Source: a virus
Taxonomy: Duplodnaviria > Caudoviricetes
Virus record (IMG/VR): IMGVR_UViG_3300020045_001405
Location: 1 to 26,444 of that record
Direction: 5' to 3' (one strand)
DNA length: 26,444 bases
Of the stretch, positions 17,619-26,385 are shown piece by piece. Numbering within the stretch: the stretch's first letter is position 1; each line of letters starts with the position of its first letter. Below the pieces are notes generated by a model. It searched no databases. It saw only the letters and a program-made list of their open reading frames with translations, and had not been told where the DNA came from. A program made the position numbers and the translations under genes.

Positions 17619-17953
17619 TATTTATAGTATTGAATATGTAATACATGTGTACCACCTTGCGCTTGAGTTACTTGAAATCCAGCTAAATTTTGTGCATTTG
17701 TAATATCATACGGGTCTAAATTTGCTAAACCTATTCCAACTGTTGTACTTACTGGTACTATTCCTGATTCTAACAATCTAACTGCAATACCTGTTGCATC
17801 AGATTCTAATCTTGTTAATGCATAAATTGCACCATCAGGAATTGTTAATTTTTTAACAGTATTATCAATGGTTAATGCTTCATATCCAAAAGCTATTGGA
17901 GTATTTACAGCTGCTTGCTTTATTTTTTTTAAATATTCTTCTGGTGTAAACAT
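17618..17953 (-). CDS. Small beta-sandwich virion protein
   Basis: 111 aa. GY..LT.....LTIP.GA..A...E...VR....G..P....G pattern of small phage structural proteins. Coupled to the fibre gene by TAATG. Confidence 0.5.
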   Translation of the reverse strand: MFTPEEYLKKIKQAAVNTPIAFGYEALTIDNTVKKLTIPDGAIYALTRLESDATGIAVRLLESGIVPVSTTVGIGLANLDPYDITNAQNLAGFQVTQAQGGTHVLHIQYYK

Positions 17954-17967
17954 TTTTTTAAATTTTT

Positions 17968-18567
17968 TTATTCATAATTAAAACCTGGCAGTTGGAAACA
18001 TATTCCACATTTTTTTGCCATCCAATTAAACATTGATTGAACTTGTTCTTCTGTTAAACAATTATCTGTTAAACAAATTCCACCACTTAAATTTTCTATT
18101 AAAATTGTATCTTGAGAATCTACTGTAACTATTTGATTTGAACATGTTCCTATTATTTCTATAATATATGATACATTATCTGTATTTAATACTGCTACAT
18201 ATGTGGATTGATAAGAATTTATTAAATCACATAATATAGTCATTTGTTCATTAGTATCTGATGTAGTTATTACTAAATCACCACTAATACTAATTCCTCC
18301 AACAGATACATTAATTGTTGTATCTAGAGTAGAAGTATTCATTGTTATGCTTCCTGTTGCTAATACTTCTTCTAATGTTACATCATAACATTTAAGAATT
18401 TCTATCATCTCTTGCATAATCTGTAATTCTTGTAATTTACAAGGTACAGTTTTTGCTCCTATTTTTATTTTAGCAAGTAAATCAGCTGTTTTTTCACCTA
18501 TACAACAATTAATTAATTGTAGGCGGACATCTAAATCTTGTTGTGTTAAATCTGCAAATGCTGTCAT
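17968..18567 (-). CDS. Cys-rich tail hub-like protein with inserted beta domain
   Basis: 199 aa. Helical ends with CC, C and NCLTEEQ...KKCGIC flank a beta-rich centre. Position fits crAss tail-hub genes. Confidence 0.5.
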   Translation of the reverse strand: MTAFADLTQQDLDVRLQLINCCIGEKTADLLAKIKIGAKTVPCKLQELQIMQEMIEILKCYDVTLEEVLATGSITMNTSTLDTTINVSVGGISISGDLVITTSDTNEQMTILCDLINSYQSTYVAVLNTDNVSYIIEIIGTCSNQIVTVDSQDTILIENLSGGICLTDNCLTEEQVQSMFNWMAKKCGICFQLPGFNYE

Positions 18568-19574
18568 TATGCTCTTAATATTTCAACTATTACTAATACT
18601 TTACCACCTGCTGTTGTTTTAGCTGGTGTAATAGTAAATATATCACCATCTACAAATGTATTATTAGCTGTTACAGCACTTGAATAAGCTGTATTAATAG
18701 GGTCTGATGCTGTAAATTCAATAGGAGTTGTTACAGTCATTGTAGTTCCTGCATTGTTTTTAAATGTAATAGTACCATTATCTGTAGCTGCAATTGCTTT
18801 AGTTGCTTTACAATAAACATTTGTAATTGAACCTGGATAAGACATTCTTACTCCATATACAGCTTGTTCACCTGTTTCAAATGATACTGGAACAACTATT
18901 ACTTCTGCTTTTAAATCTGCTGATACTTTAGCAACTGAAACAGCAGCATCAGTAATATTTGATGTTGCTACTGCATTTGCTGATAATGTTAATACACCAG
19001 CACCATTTAAAGTTGCTGCTCCTGACATAGTTTGCATTGCTAAATCAGTTCCATTTCCTCCTAAAAATGTACCTGCTGTTTTTGCATCAAAACCTTCAAG
19101 TACACCATTAATTCCTCCTCTAAGTGTATATCCTCTAGACGCTAAATTTGCTAATTTCCCTAACGCAATTGTACTTGCTGCTATTTTAGAATTAACTATT
19201 GTACCATCAACTATATCAGCACCATTAATATCATCAGAACCATCTGTATCATCAGAGCTTATATATACATCCCAAGTACTACCATTGTAATAACAAAATA
19301 TAATTTGTTTATATAAACATTGGTCAGCTGTTAGATTTACACCAAAAATACTAAATGTATTACTTCCTAATGTAAATCCACCACCAATCAACATTGTAAA
19401 TGTTGAACCTACACTTGGAGTTCCTGTTGATGTTATTATAACATCACCAACAAGCGTTACTGCTCCACCACTTGCTTTTATATCATAAACATCTACTTTA
19501 TCATTAATAGAGAAACTTGTAGTTACTCCTGCTGCTAATATAGTTAGTGTTTCATATGTTTTATTTTGTGCCAT
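18567..19574 (-). CDS. Tail fibre protein
   Basis: 335 aa, Thr/Ala/Gly-rich. YYNGSTW, I.DGTI...KIA and ITDAAVS.AKV fibre repeats, with a beta-rich C-terminal domain. Confidence 0.65.
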   Translation of the reverse strand: MAQNKTYETLTILAAGVTTSFSINDKVDVYDIKASGGAVTLVGDVIITSTGTPSVGSTFTMLIGGGFTLGSNTFSIFGVNLTADQCLYKQIIFCYYNGSTWDVYISSDDTDGSDDINGADIVDGTIVNSKIAASTIALGKLANLASRGYTLRGGINGVLEGFDAKTAGTFLGGNGTDLAMQTMSGAATLNGAGVLTLSANAVATSNITDAAVSVAKVSADLKAEVIVVPVSFETGEQAVYGVRMSYPGSITNVYCKATKAIAATDNGTITFKNNAGTTMTVTTPIEFTASDPINTAYSSAVTANNTFVDGDIFTITPAKTTAGGKVLVIVEILRA

Positions 19575-20536
19575 TATTTCTTCAAGTATTTAACTAGTAA
19601 TTGATTTTGAGTTATAGTTTCAGTATTTGATGTAGCATCATAATTTGACCCAAAACAAGCAAATACCAATGTGTTAGCAGATAAATCTGAAACTGCATAT
19701 CCTGAACCTGTTCCTTCATCTAAATGGTAACCTCTTAATGAAATATATGCATCATCTGAAGTAAATACATCTATTGCAATAAATATTGCTGTTGTACTTT
19801 TTCTAGTAATAGAAATTTTAGCTTTAGCATATTTTGTACCTTTTGATACTTCAAAAGTATTAGCTACTGGTGAACTTGCAAGTTTAGAAACAAAATTGGT
19901 ACCATTTATTGAAAATGATATATTTTTATTTTGAGTTGTACCACTCATTGTAAATGAAGTATCTATTTCTAAAACATCTTCATTTGTTTTAAGTGTATTA
20001 ATAGGAACTGTATAAGTCATTAAAGCATCTGTTCCTGAACCTGAAGTAGCTACATCTGTAGTATTGTTACTTAAAGTACTTGTAGATGTTGCACCTGATG
20101 GACTAAATGTTAATACTAGTGAATCACTTGCTGCAAATGAACTATTATGGTCTATATATGTAACAGTTAAAACAATTTCAGAAACATTGTTTACTAATGC
20201 TGTAATTTGTCCATACCAATATTTTGTATTATCTGTTTGATTAAATAGTCTTATATAACCAAAATTACCATTATTTTCAAATGATAATAAAAATGCTGTT
20301 AAATCTAATGAATCTGCATTTACATTTGAAATATAAATTGTAGTAACAGCTGTATAAGTTGCACTGTTTAATCTTATATTTGTTGATGCTGGTCCACTTC
20401 CTGTAGATGTACTAAACACCCAATCAGATGAAAAACCACCATATTCACCTCTAGCTCCTGTTGGTCCAGTTGCACCCGTAGAACCTATTGGTAATCTTGT
20501 TGAGCTGCAAGAGCAGCTTCCTGTACATCCACACAT
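19574..20536 (-). CDS. Tail fibre protein with Cys-rich N-terminus and short collagen-like repeat
   Basis: MCGCTGSCSCSS followed by GSTGATGPTGARGEYG (Gly-X-Y) and Ser/Thr-rich beta domains. Confidence 0.65.
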   Translation of the reverse strand: MCGCTGSCSCSSTRLPIGSTGATGPTGARGEYGGFSSDWVFSTSTGSGPASTNIRLNSATYTAVTTIYISNVNADSLDLTAFLLSFENNGNFGYIRLFNQTDNTKYWYGQITALVNNVSEIVLTVTYIDHNSSFAASDSLVLTFSPSGATSTSTLSNNTTDVATSGSGTDALMTYTVPINTLKTNEDVLEIDTSFTMSGTTQNKNISFSINGTNFVSKLASSPVANTFEVSKGTKYAKAKISITRKSTTAIFIAIDVFTSDDAYISLRGYHLDEGTGSGYAVSDLSANTLVFACFGSNYDATSNTETITQNQLLVKYLKK

Positions 20537-20549
20537 GTTTTATATATTT

Positions 20550-21122
20550 TTAGTTGCAACCACAGTTAGATTCACTGAAGCCACATATTTTATTTAATTT
20601 TGTTATTAAGTCAGTGATTACATCTGCATCACCACAGTTGGCATTTGCTTTTAAACCAAGTTGTAAAGCTCTTGCATAAAGTGCATTTTTCATTAATGGG
20701 CTATCACATTCACAACTTGTTGAAGGTATTTTAGCAAACATTTTATTAATACAACAATCTATATTACATGTAAATAAAAAATATTGAGTTCCAGAAGTAT
20801 AAGTGGTTGCTCCTACTGTAACTGTATATTCAATTGTATATAAACCATCTGAAATAGTATCTAAATCTAATGCTTCTGCTGTTATTTCATATTCTAAGTC
20901 ACTATTACTTGTTGGTAATCCAACTGGGTCAGTTATAGTTATAATAGTACCATCTGTTAAAGTTACTATAATACTCCAAGAAGTAGCATCAGATGTTTCA
21001 GGATTAGGTGCACCATAACCACCAGGATTTAATGTAACATCATATAATCCAGTTGTTTCATTAAATATAAGAGATGAACAACCTCTTTTTGGACATACTG
21101 TAAAATTTGGAATTAAAGCCAT
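20550..21122 (-). CDS. Cys-rich tail hub-like protein (gp38-like)
   Basis: 190 aa. Ig-like N-terminal half (ISDGLYTIEYTV) and helical Cys-rich C-terminal half ending ICGFSESNCGCN. First gene after the capsid-operon terminator. Confidence 0.55.
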   Translation of the reverse strand: MALIPNFTVCPKRGCSSLIFNETTGLYDVTLNPGGYGAPNPETSDATSWSIIVTLTDGTIITITDPVGLPTSNSDLEYEITAEALDLDTISDGLYTIEYTVTVGATTYTSGTQYFLFTCNIDCCINKMFAKIPSTSCECDSPLMKNALYARALQLGLKANANCGDADVITDLITKLNKICGFSESNCGCN

Positions 21123-21135
21123 TTAATTTTTTATT

Positions 21136-21173
21136 AAAAAAGGTTGAGAGGCTTTTATCTCTCCCAACCTTTT
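21136..21173 (-). terminator. Intrinsic terminator after the auxiliary capsid gene
   Basis: Minus strand AAAAGGTTGGGAGAG-ATAAAAGC-CTCTCAACC-TTTTTT: GC-rich stem with a small bulge and a U6 tail. Confidence 0.85.
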
Positions 21174-21194
21174 ATTATGAATCTATAAGTTAGA

Positions 21195-22478
21195 TTATGC
21201 TAATGTACCAGTACCAACTGTAGTTGGAACCCAAGCATTTAATACAGTTTGAACTGATGTTACTGCACCTGTTACTTGTGTTGGGGCAGCCGCTGGAGTA
21301 AAATCAAATGCAATTAACAACTGTTTTGAAGCTGCTTCTTGATTGAAGATTTGACCAGTTTTAACTGAATCCCACTCTAAAGTTAACAAGTTATAAGTTC
21401 CTGTACTTAAAATATTAGCTCTAGGAGCAACATAAGGAACATTGTTTCTTGCAATTCCACCTTCATTTCCAACTAAGAAATATTCTAAAGATGCCATAAA
21501 AGGATAAGAACCAACACCTTCTGTACCACCAGTTTGGTTAGTATATGTAGTTGAACCACCATTTCTAACAGTTGTTGACCAACGATTTACATAAGGCTCA
21601 GTTGATTGAGGAGTTGTAAATATTGGTGCAATACCAGTTAATTTAATACCTAAAGAACCTGCACTTAACAAAGCAGCAGTATATACAGAAGCATTACCTG
21701 CTGTAAATGATGCTGTTGAACCTTGATAAGGTTGGTCAATTGTAAAAGTTGTTGCAGTTGGTAATGCTGTAATTTTATATAATACTCCAGTATCTACTGC
21801 AATATCATCAGTTTTTAAATATGCACCAACTACTGCACCATTAGCACCAGAAGCTACAGAAGCTGTAACTAAAGTTGAACCATTAGTAAATGTTAAAGTA
21901 CCTGTTGCTGCAGTTGTATCAGTACCAGCAATTACAGAAGCTACACGTTCTACAATAAAAGGTTTATTAACTAATCTAACAGTGTTTTGATATAAATTAA
22001 TTGCTAAACCGGTCCAAATTTCTTCTTGTGTTGCAGATGAATCTGATACATAAAAACCAAATTTACCAATACCATTTGTACCATAAGCAGCTGAGTTGTT
22101 ATCTTGAATAAGGATTTCGTATCCATTATCATTAATAACATCAATACTACCAGTATTTGTTGTAACATTATAACCAATATAATCTACTTGTAAAGTAGGT
22201 GCAGTATAAAGTTTACTTCCATAAGATTTTAAACCTGCTCTTTCAATTATTGGAGATTGAATTGATGGTAAACCTGCTCCTTGAGATTGTACAATTCTAA
22301 TACGGTCTTTTGTTAAAACAGTTGTAGAATCTAATACTGTTCCTGAAACATCAGTTACTACAATTTCTCCATCAGCTGCATAAGTTGATGCTGACGGGTC
22401 AGTTGCAGTTACTGAACCAGTTCTAGCGATATTTTTACCAACTAGTAACTGCATAAATGAATTTTGTGTTGCTATCAT
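21195..22478 (-). CDS. Auxiliary capsid protein (crAss gene 73 / gp36-like)
   Basis: 427 aa. QS.II, Y.AP, A..L..N, GI.LTG, G.G.Y...A.LEYF..G..G and Y....L.W...K.L.IA motifs. Lies in the capsid operon before the terminator. Confidence 0.7.
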   Translation of the reverse strand: MIATQNSFMQLLVGKNIARTGSVTATDPSASTYAADGEIVVTDVSGTVLDSTTVLTKDRIRIVQSQGAGLPSIQSPIIERAGLKSYGSKLYTAPTLQVDYIGYNVTTNTGSIDVINDNGYEILIQDNNSAAYGTNGIGKFGFYVSDSSATQEEIWTGLAINLYQNTVRLVNKPFIVERVASVIAGTDTTAATGTLTFTNGSTLVTASVASGANGAVVGAYLKTDDIAVDTGVLYKITALPTATTFTIDQPYQGSTASFTAGNASVYTAALLSAGSLGIKLTGIAPIFTTPQSTEPYVNRWSTTVRNGGSTTYTNQTGGTEGVGSYPFMASLEYFLVGNEGGIARNNVPYVAPRANILSTGTYNLLTLEWDSVKTGQIFNQEAASKQLLIAFDFTPAAAPTQVTGAVTSVQTVLNAWVPTTVGTGTLA

Positions 22479-22520
22479 TTTTTAGTTTTTTAAATTTTTT
22501 ATTAATATTTTTTTTTAATT

Positions 22521-23078
22521 TTATCCTATTCTATAAACTTTTGCTGCTGTAGCAGAAGTAAAATAAATTTTAAATATACCTGTTGCTCCAGATGCAACTG
22601 TTAATGTTGCTCCACCAGTAATTACTGCTGTAGCTGCAGTTATAGTTGCTGATGCAGTCATTGTTACTGTGTTTGCACCTGCAGAATTATCTACAATTAA
22701 TTCAAATGATGAACCAATTGCTCCACCAATAGCTGCCAATAAAGCCGCTGCTGTTGGAAATGTAATAGCTGTTGCTGCTGCTGAGGTTGATGTAATCAAT
22801 CCTGTTGCCATTTGAGTAGCAGTAGCAGTTGCAGTAGCATTAATTGCTGATGCTGTGTGATTTTCTGTAACTACTCCTACTTTAGCTGCTCCTGTTAATG
22901 TAATAGTATCACCTACAAAATCTGCTGTTCCATCTGTTAAAGTGGTTACTGTATCATCTAAGTTAGTTAAATCATCAACAACCAAATTATGGTCATAAGA
23001 TTTAACTGGAAGAAATCTCTCAGGAGCTCCACCCGCTAAAACAGTTGTTGCTGTTATTTTTTTTGATGTAATTGACAT
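22521..23078 (-). CDS. Putative head fibre/decoration protein
   Basis: 185 aa, very Ala/Thr-rich. TATQM.TGLI...T.PTAA.L.AAIG...GSSF.L.V.N C-terminal domain. Located among high-copy capsid genes. Confidence 0.55.
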   Translation of the reverse strand: MSITSKKITATTVLAGGAPERFLPVKSYDHNLVVDDLTNLDDTVTTLTDGTADFVGDTITLTGAAKVGVVTENHTASAINATATATATQMATGLITSTSAAATAITFPTAAALLAAIGGAIGSSFELIVDNSAGANTVTMTASATITAATAVITGGATLTVASGATGIFKIYFTSATAAKVYRIG

Positions 23079-23110
23079 TTTATAATTTCTTTATGTTGTT
23101 TATAATATTT

Positions 23111-23854
23111 TTATTCTTTTGGTATACTTGTATCTATTTGAAATTTTTGAGTCTGGTCAGTTATTCTAAAACAATAATTGATTGTTGCATCTAATAATTC
23201 TCTATGAAAAGGGTCTGATAATTCTGACACCTGAGCACTTAATGCTGTTGTTAAATCAATTGGTTGTGGTTTTTTAACATAACCTAATAAATATTCAGTA
23301 ACATTGAAACTTCCATCAGTAATAAGTAAATGTTTTCTTCCTTCTGCTCTTAATCTTAGTACTTTTCCTTTATCAGCTTTAATATAAGGTCTTCTAAATG
23401 GGTCTATTAAAGCTTGTACTAATTGTCCATGAGTAACATCACTAATTTTAGGTTTTACATAAACAGTAGTATTATCTGCAATTGTACAATCTAAAATATT
23501 ACTTTTTACTTGTTCAAGAATTGTAAACCAATAAACATCACTAAAATCTGTAGGTCCAGATGTAATTAAAGTATTTGGTAAAACCACTTCTACAGAGTTT
23601 TCAAGAAAACCTGAAGGAAAAGTTGTATAAGTTTTATACTTAACTAATTCTCCAAGGTCTTGAATTCTTTTTTCTGTTTCTTCAAATCCTTCTTGTAATC
23701 TATTACTTTTAGGACTATACTTTGTTACAGCTAAATCTTCTTGAATTTTACTAACAATTATAGATAGTTCTGTAGGTGTGTAACCAGGAGCTGATAAATC
23801 ACCAACTTCATCTGCTTGAACATAAAAACCATCTAAAAATTCTTGTTTAGTCAT
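23111..23854 (-). CDS. Tail ring protein (crAss gene 74-like)
   Basis: 247 aa. MT..EF...F, APGY...E.S, GFEETEKR..DL..LV, DPF.RP, Y...YVKKP.PI.L and EL....H.E....A motifs. Confidence 0.8.
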   Translation of the reverse strand: MTKQEFLDGFYVQADEVGDLSAPGYTPTELSIIVSKIQEDLAVTKYSPKSNRLQEGFEETEKRIQDLGELVKYKTYTTFPSGFLENSVEVVLPNTLITSGPTDFSDVYWFTILEQVKSNILDCTIADNTTVYVKPKISDVTHGQLVQALIDPFRRPYIKADKGKVLRLRAEGRKHLLITDGSFNVTEYLLGYVKKPQPIDLTTALSAQVSELSDPFHRELLDATINYCFRITDQTQKFQIDTSIPKE

Positions 23855-23856
23855 TC

Positions 23857-24747
23857 TTAATTACTTGCTTCAATTTGAGCTTTAATTTTTAAAACTACTG
23901 GTTGGTTGTTAGGGTCTTTTAAGAAATCTAACATTTCTCCAATATTATCAGCTGTATTATTTTCTGAATCATCAACACCAGGAAGTTTATAACCGTTTTT
24001 ACCAGCTCTTCTTAATGCTCCAACCTTTACAGCTTTTGTTATTAATACTCTTAATTCAAAATCTTTATCTTCAACAATTGCTAAGAATTCATCAAGAGGT
24101 GAAAAACTACCTCCATTTTTCTTCTTATCATCTTCAATAAGTTTTGTTAATTCTGCTTCTAACCAATCTGATTTTGCAGTAGCTGGTACATTTTTACCGT
24201 ACACTTCTAATACATTAATCATACTCTCAGTAGAATTACTAATTTTACCAAATGCAACCCAAGCTCTTTTAGTCTTAGATGCTTTTTTGTTAATCTCAGC
24301 AACCTCATAATCTGGTTCTAATAAAGCAAATCTATAAGCACCATTATCAAATCTTTCTGCCCATGTAGGAGCAATTGTTGGCATTACTTTTAAAATACGC
24401 CATTTAAGATTATCTAAAGGTTCTTTTAAATTTAATTTTAATCCTTCTTTAGTTAACTTATATCTGAAGTTAACCCAGAATGTGTTATTTGTATCAAAGA
24501 AATCTAAAGAACCCAAAGGTTTATTTAATTTCTTTTCAAAAAATCTTTGTTCAGCCTCATTCAAAATAGCAACTAATTGTCCTGTTGCTTTTGACCTTGG
24601 TAAATTTGCAGTTACTTCTGCACCAGTATAAATTGAAGAACCATCTTTATCTTCTGATATATAAGCATTTCCCCTAACAATAGGTTTAACAGTTACAATC
24701 TTATCAATTAAAACATCTTGTTCTTTTAATTCTTTTACTTCACTCAT
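23857..24747 (-). CDS. Conserved crAss 'gene 75'-like protein
   Basis: 296 aa immediately downstream of the MCP. L...EQ.FFEK.L, N.FW, L.K.GL.LNL..P.D and FL.DP.NQ...L.I.A motifs. Confidence 0.75.
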   Translation of the reverse strand: MSEVKELKEQDVLIDKIVTVKPIVRGNAYISEDKDGSSIYTGAEVTANLPRSKATGQLVAILNEAEQRFFEKKLNKPLGSLDFFDTNNTFWVNFRYKLTKEGLKLNLKEPLDNLKWRILKVMPTIAPTWAERFDNGAYRFALLEPDYEVAEINKKASKTKRAWVAFGKISNSTESMINVLEVYGKNVPATAKSDWLEAELTKLIEDDKKKNGGSFSPLDEFLAIVEDKDFELRVLITKAVKVGALRRAGKNGYKLPGVDDSENNTADNIGEMLDFLKDPNNQPVVLKIKAQIEASN

Positions 24748-24816
24748 TTGTTTTTTTTATTTTAGTTTCTATTAGTCAATTTAATACCACTTAATTTTGA
24801 CTACAACTTTTAATTA

Positions 24817-24854
24817 AATCCTGTCACAAATATCTAAATAAATGTGACAGGATT
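24817..24854 (-). terminator. Hairpin / leaky terminator downstream of the major capsid gene
   Basis: Perfect 12-bp inverted repeat AATCCTGTCACA-N14-TGTGACAGGATT, 8 nt after the MCP stop, with only an interrupted U-tract. Confidence 0.65.
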
Positions 24855-24862
24855 ATTGTATA

Positions 24863-26344
24863 TTATACAAAGTTTGGAAGGATACGAGCTATCTTTGTAG
24901 GGTTGTTAACTTTGATACCAGAGATATGCATACCACCTAATTGATAACCATCTTTTAAGTTAGCAGCTTGTGCAGGTGCATCTTGAGTTCCTCTAGGAAC
25001 ATAAGCACTACGTAAACCATTTACATATGCATAAGTATCTACTTCTTCACCTTCTACAGCTACTCTTTCGATATTTGGTTTTCCACCAGTTGTACCAATG
25101 TCCATAATTAACATCTCATAAGAAGATACTAGACCTCCATCAGGATGATAAGTTGTATTCAATGTAGGGTCATCTAAGAATGGAAGTTTCATTAAAGTAA
25201 CTTCAATACCATTCAAGAATCCAATTGATGTGAATTGACCACCAAAACGTAATGCGTTTCCAGAACCTGAAATTCTATTACCTGCATTGTTTGCAGAGAA
25301 AGGCATACCTCTTGCTTCTACTAATTTGTGGAATCTAACCCAACCATATTCTCCAGTACCAATAACAAACTTACGTTGGTCTTGTGGTAATTTACCTACT
25401 GACAATGACATTAAAATATCTTGCAATTGGTCTAAAGTGTAGTTGTTTAAATAGTGAATATTAGAAGGGGAAACTTGTTGGTATAAACCAGCACCCATTT
25501 TAATTTCAAATCCAGACTCTCCTTTATTAGTATATAAACCTTGTGAATTCTTATTGTGGATTGCGTACATTCCTAAATAAGCTTTCTGACGTTTAAATTG
25601 TGAACGGAAGTCAAAATCCAATTTACCTAACCAAGTTTTCATTTGTTTAGGTTTGTTGTTTTCGTCTTTAACCATGAAAGCACAACCTAATGCATTATCT
25701 GCACCTTTTCTAATCATGTTACCAGGTACTTCAACATTCATACGAATAGAAGAACATCTGTTATACATTTTGAAATAAGAGTTGTGTTGAACAGTACCAC
25801 CTCTTTGAGAAAGTGTTTGTTCTACTGGAGAATACAATTTAGCGTAACGCTTACCAACTACTAATTCAGTTGCAGGTACGAATAATGTACTATCTCCTGT
25901 TAATAATTCAACTTCATATTTCCAATTAGTTCCTACTGGAGAAACTGATTTAACTTGCAATTGATAGATTTCTTTAGAATCTGTTGCAATAGCATCAGTT
26001 ACTTCAAACATTCTAACTGAGAATTCCATGAAGAATGAAGTTCCGTTGATACCTGGTTTTGCAGGAGTTGCCCCACTTGCATCATAATAAGCTACCAATG
26101 GATAATTTTTAATGTCTGGTCCAGCAAGCAACCACTCAAATTCAGTGTCGTCTTTAATAGTGAATACTGGGAAGTTTTGCATGAAACGGTCAAAATCTAA
26201 TCCAAGATTTTCTTCCATGATAGAATCAATGATTGGACTTACCAATTCACGATTCTGCATACCCATATAACCCAAGTGGTTTTCGGTTGTTAAACCTGAC
26301 CATTGAACTGCATCGGTAAGTTGAAAAGGTGATATTCTTTGCAT
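24863..26344 (-). CDS. Major capsid protein (crAss-like, HK97 fold)
   Basis: 493 aa. W.GLTTENHLG, EW.L.G, YSPVEQTLS..GG, R....VPGNM, GESG..IK.GAGL, RKFV..TGE.G...FH and FGGQF motifs. Codon usage typical of high expression (CGT, TTC, AAC). Confidence 0.93.
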   Translation of the reverse strand: MQRISPFQLTDAVQWSGLTTENHLGYMGMQNRELVSPIIDSIMEENLGLDFDRFMQNFPVFTIKDDTEFEWLLAGPDIKNYPLVAYYDASGATPAKPGINGTSFFMEFSVRMFEVTDAIATDSKEIYQLQVKSVSPVGTNWKYEVELLTGDSTLFVPATELVVGKRYAKLYSPVEQTLSQRGGTVQHNSYFKMYNRCSSIRMNVEVPGNMIRKGADNALGCAFMVKDENNKPKQMKTWLGKLDFDFRSQFKRQKAYLGMYAIHNKNSQGLYTNKGESGFEIKMGAGLYQQVSPSNIHYLNNYTLDQLQDILMSLSVGKLPQDQRKFVIGTGEYGWVRFHKLVEARGMPFSANNAGNRISGSGNALRFGGQFTSIGFLNGIEVTLMKLPFLDDPTLNTTYHPDGGLVSSYEMLIMDIGTTGGKPNIERVAVEGEEVDTYAYVNGLRSAYVPRGTQDAPAQAANLKDGYQLGGMHISGIKVNNPTKIARILPNFV

Positions 26345-26385
26345 TTGTTTTTAAATTTATTGTTTATTTTTATTATTGATTTTTC

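Noticed and set aside
11359-20536. Diversity-generating retroelement or invertible fibre cassette
   Set aside because: No reverse transcriptase or recombinase in the window, and no ~100-nt near-identical TR/VR pair or flanking inverted repeats were seen. The paralogue similarity is at protein level only.
1403-21018. Short plus-strand ORFs (1403, 2431, 4763, 5829, 8606, 13237, 13770, 20803) and the nested minus ORF 6275-6463
   Set aside because: All lie antisense to or inside long, motif-bearing genes, are 61-89 aa and have no recognisable motifs. They are expected shadow ORFs.
22810-22845. Short GCAGTA-like repeats
   Set aside because: They encode the Ala-Thr run (ATATATAT) of the head fibre and are imperfect. 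Not a CRISPR array or regulatory repeat.
3558-26344. Introns, inteins or homing endonucleases in the MCP or muzzle, which occur in some crAss-like phages
   Set aside because: The ORFs are uninterrupted and of normal size, and no LAGLIDADG, HNH or intein terminal motifs were seen.
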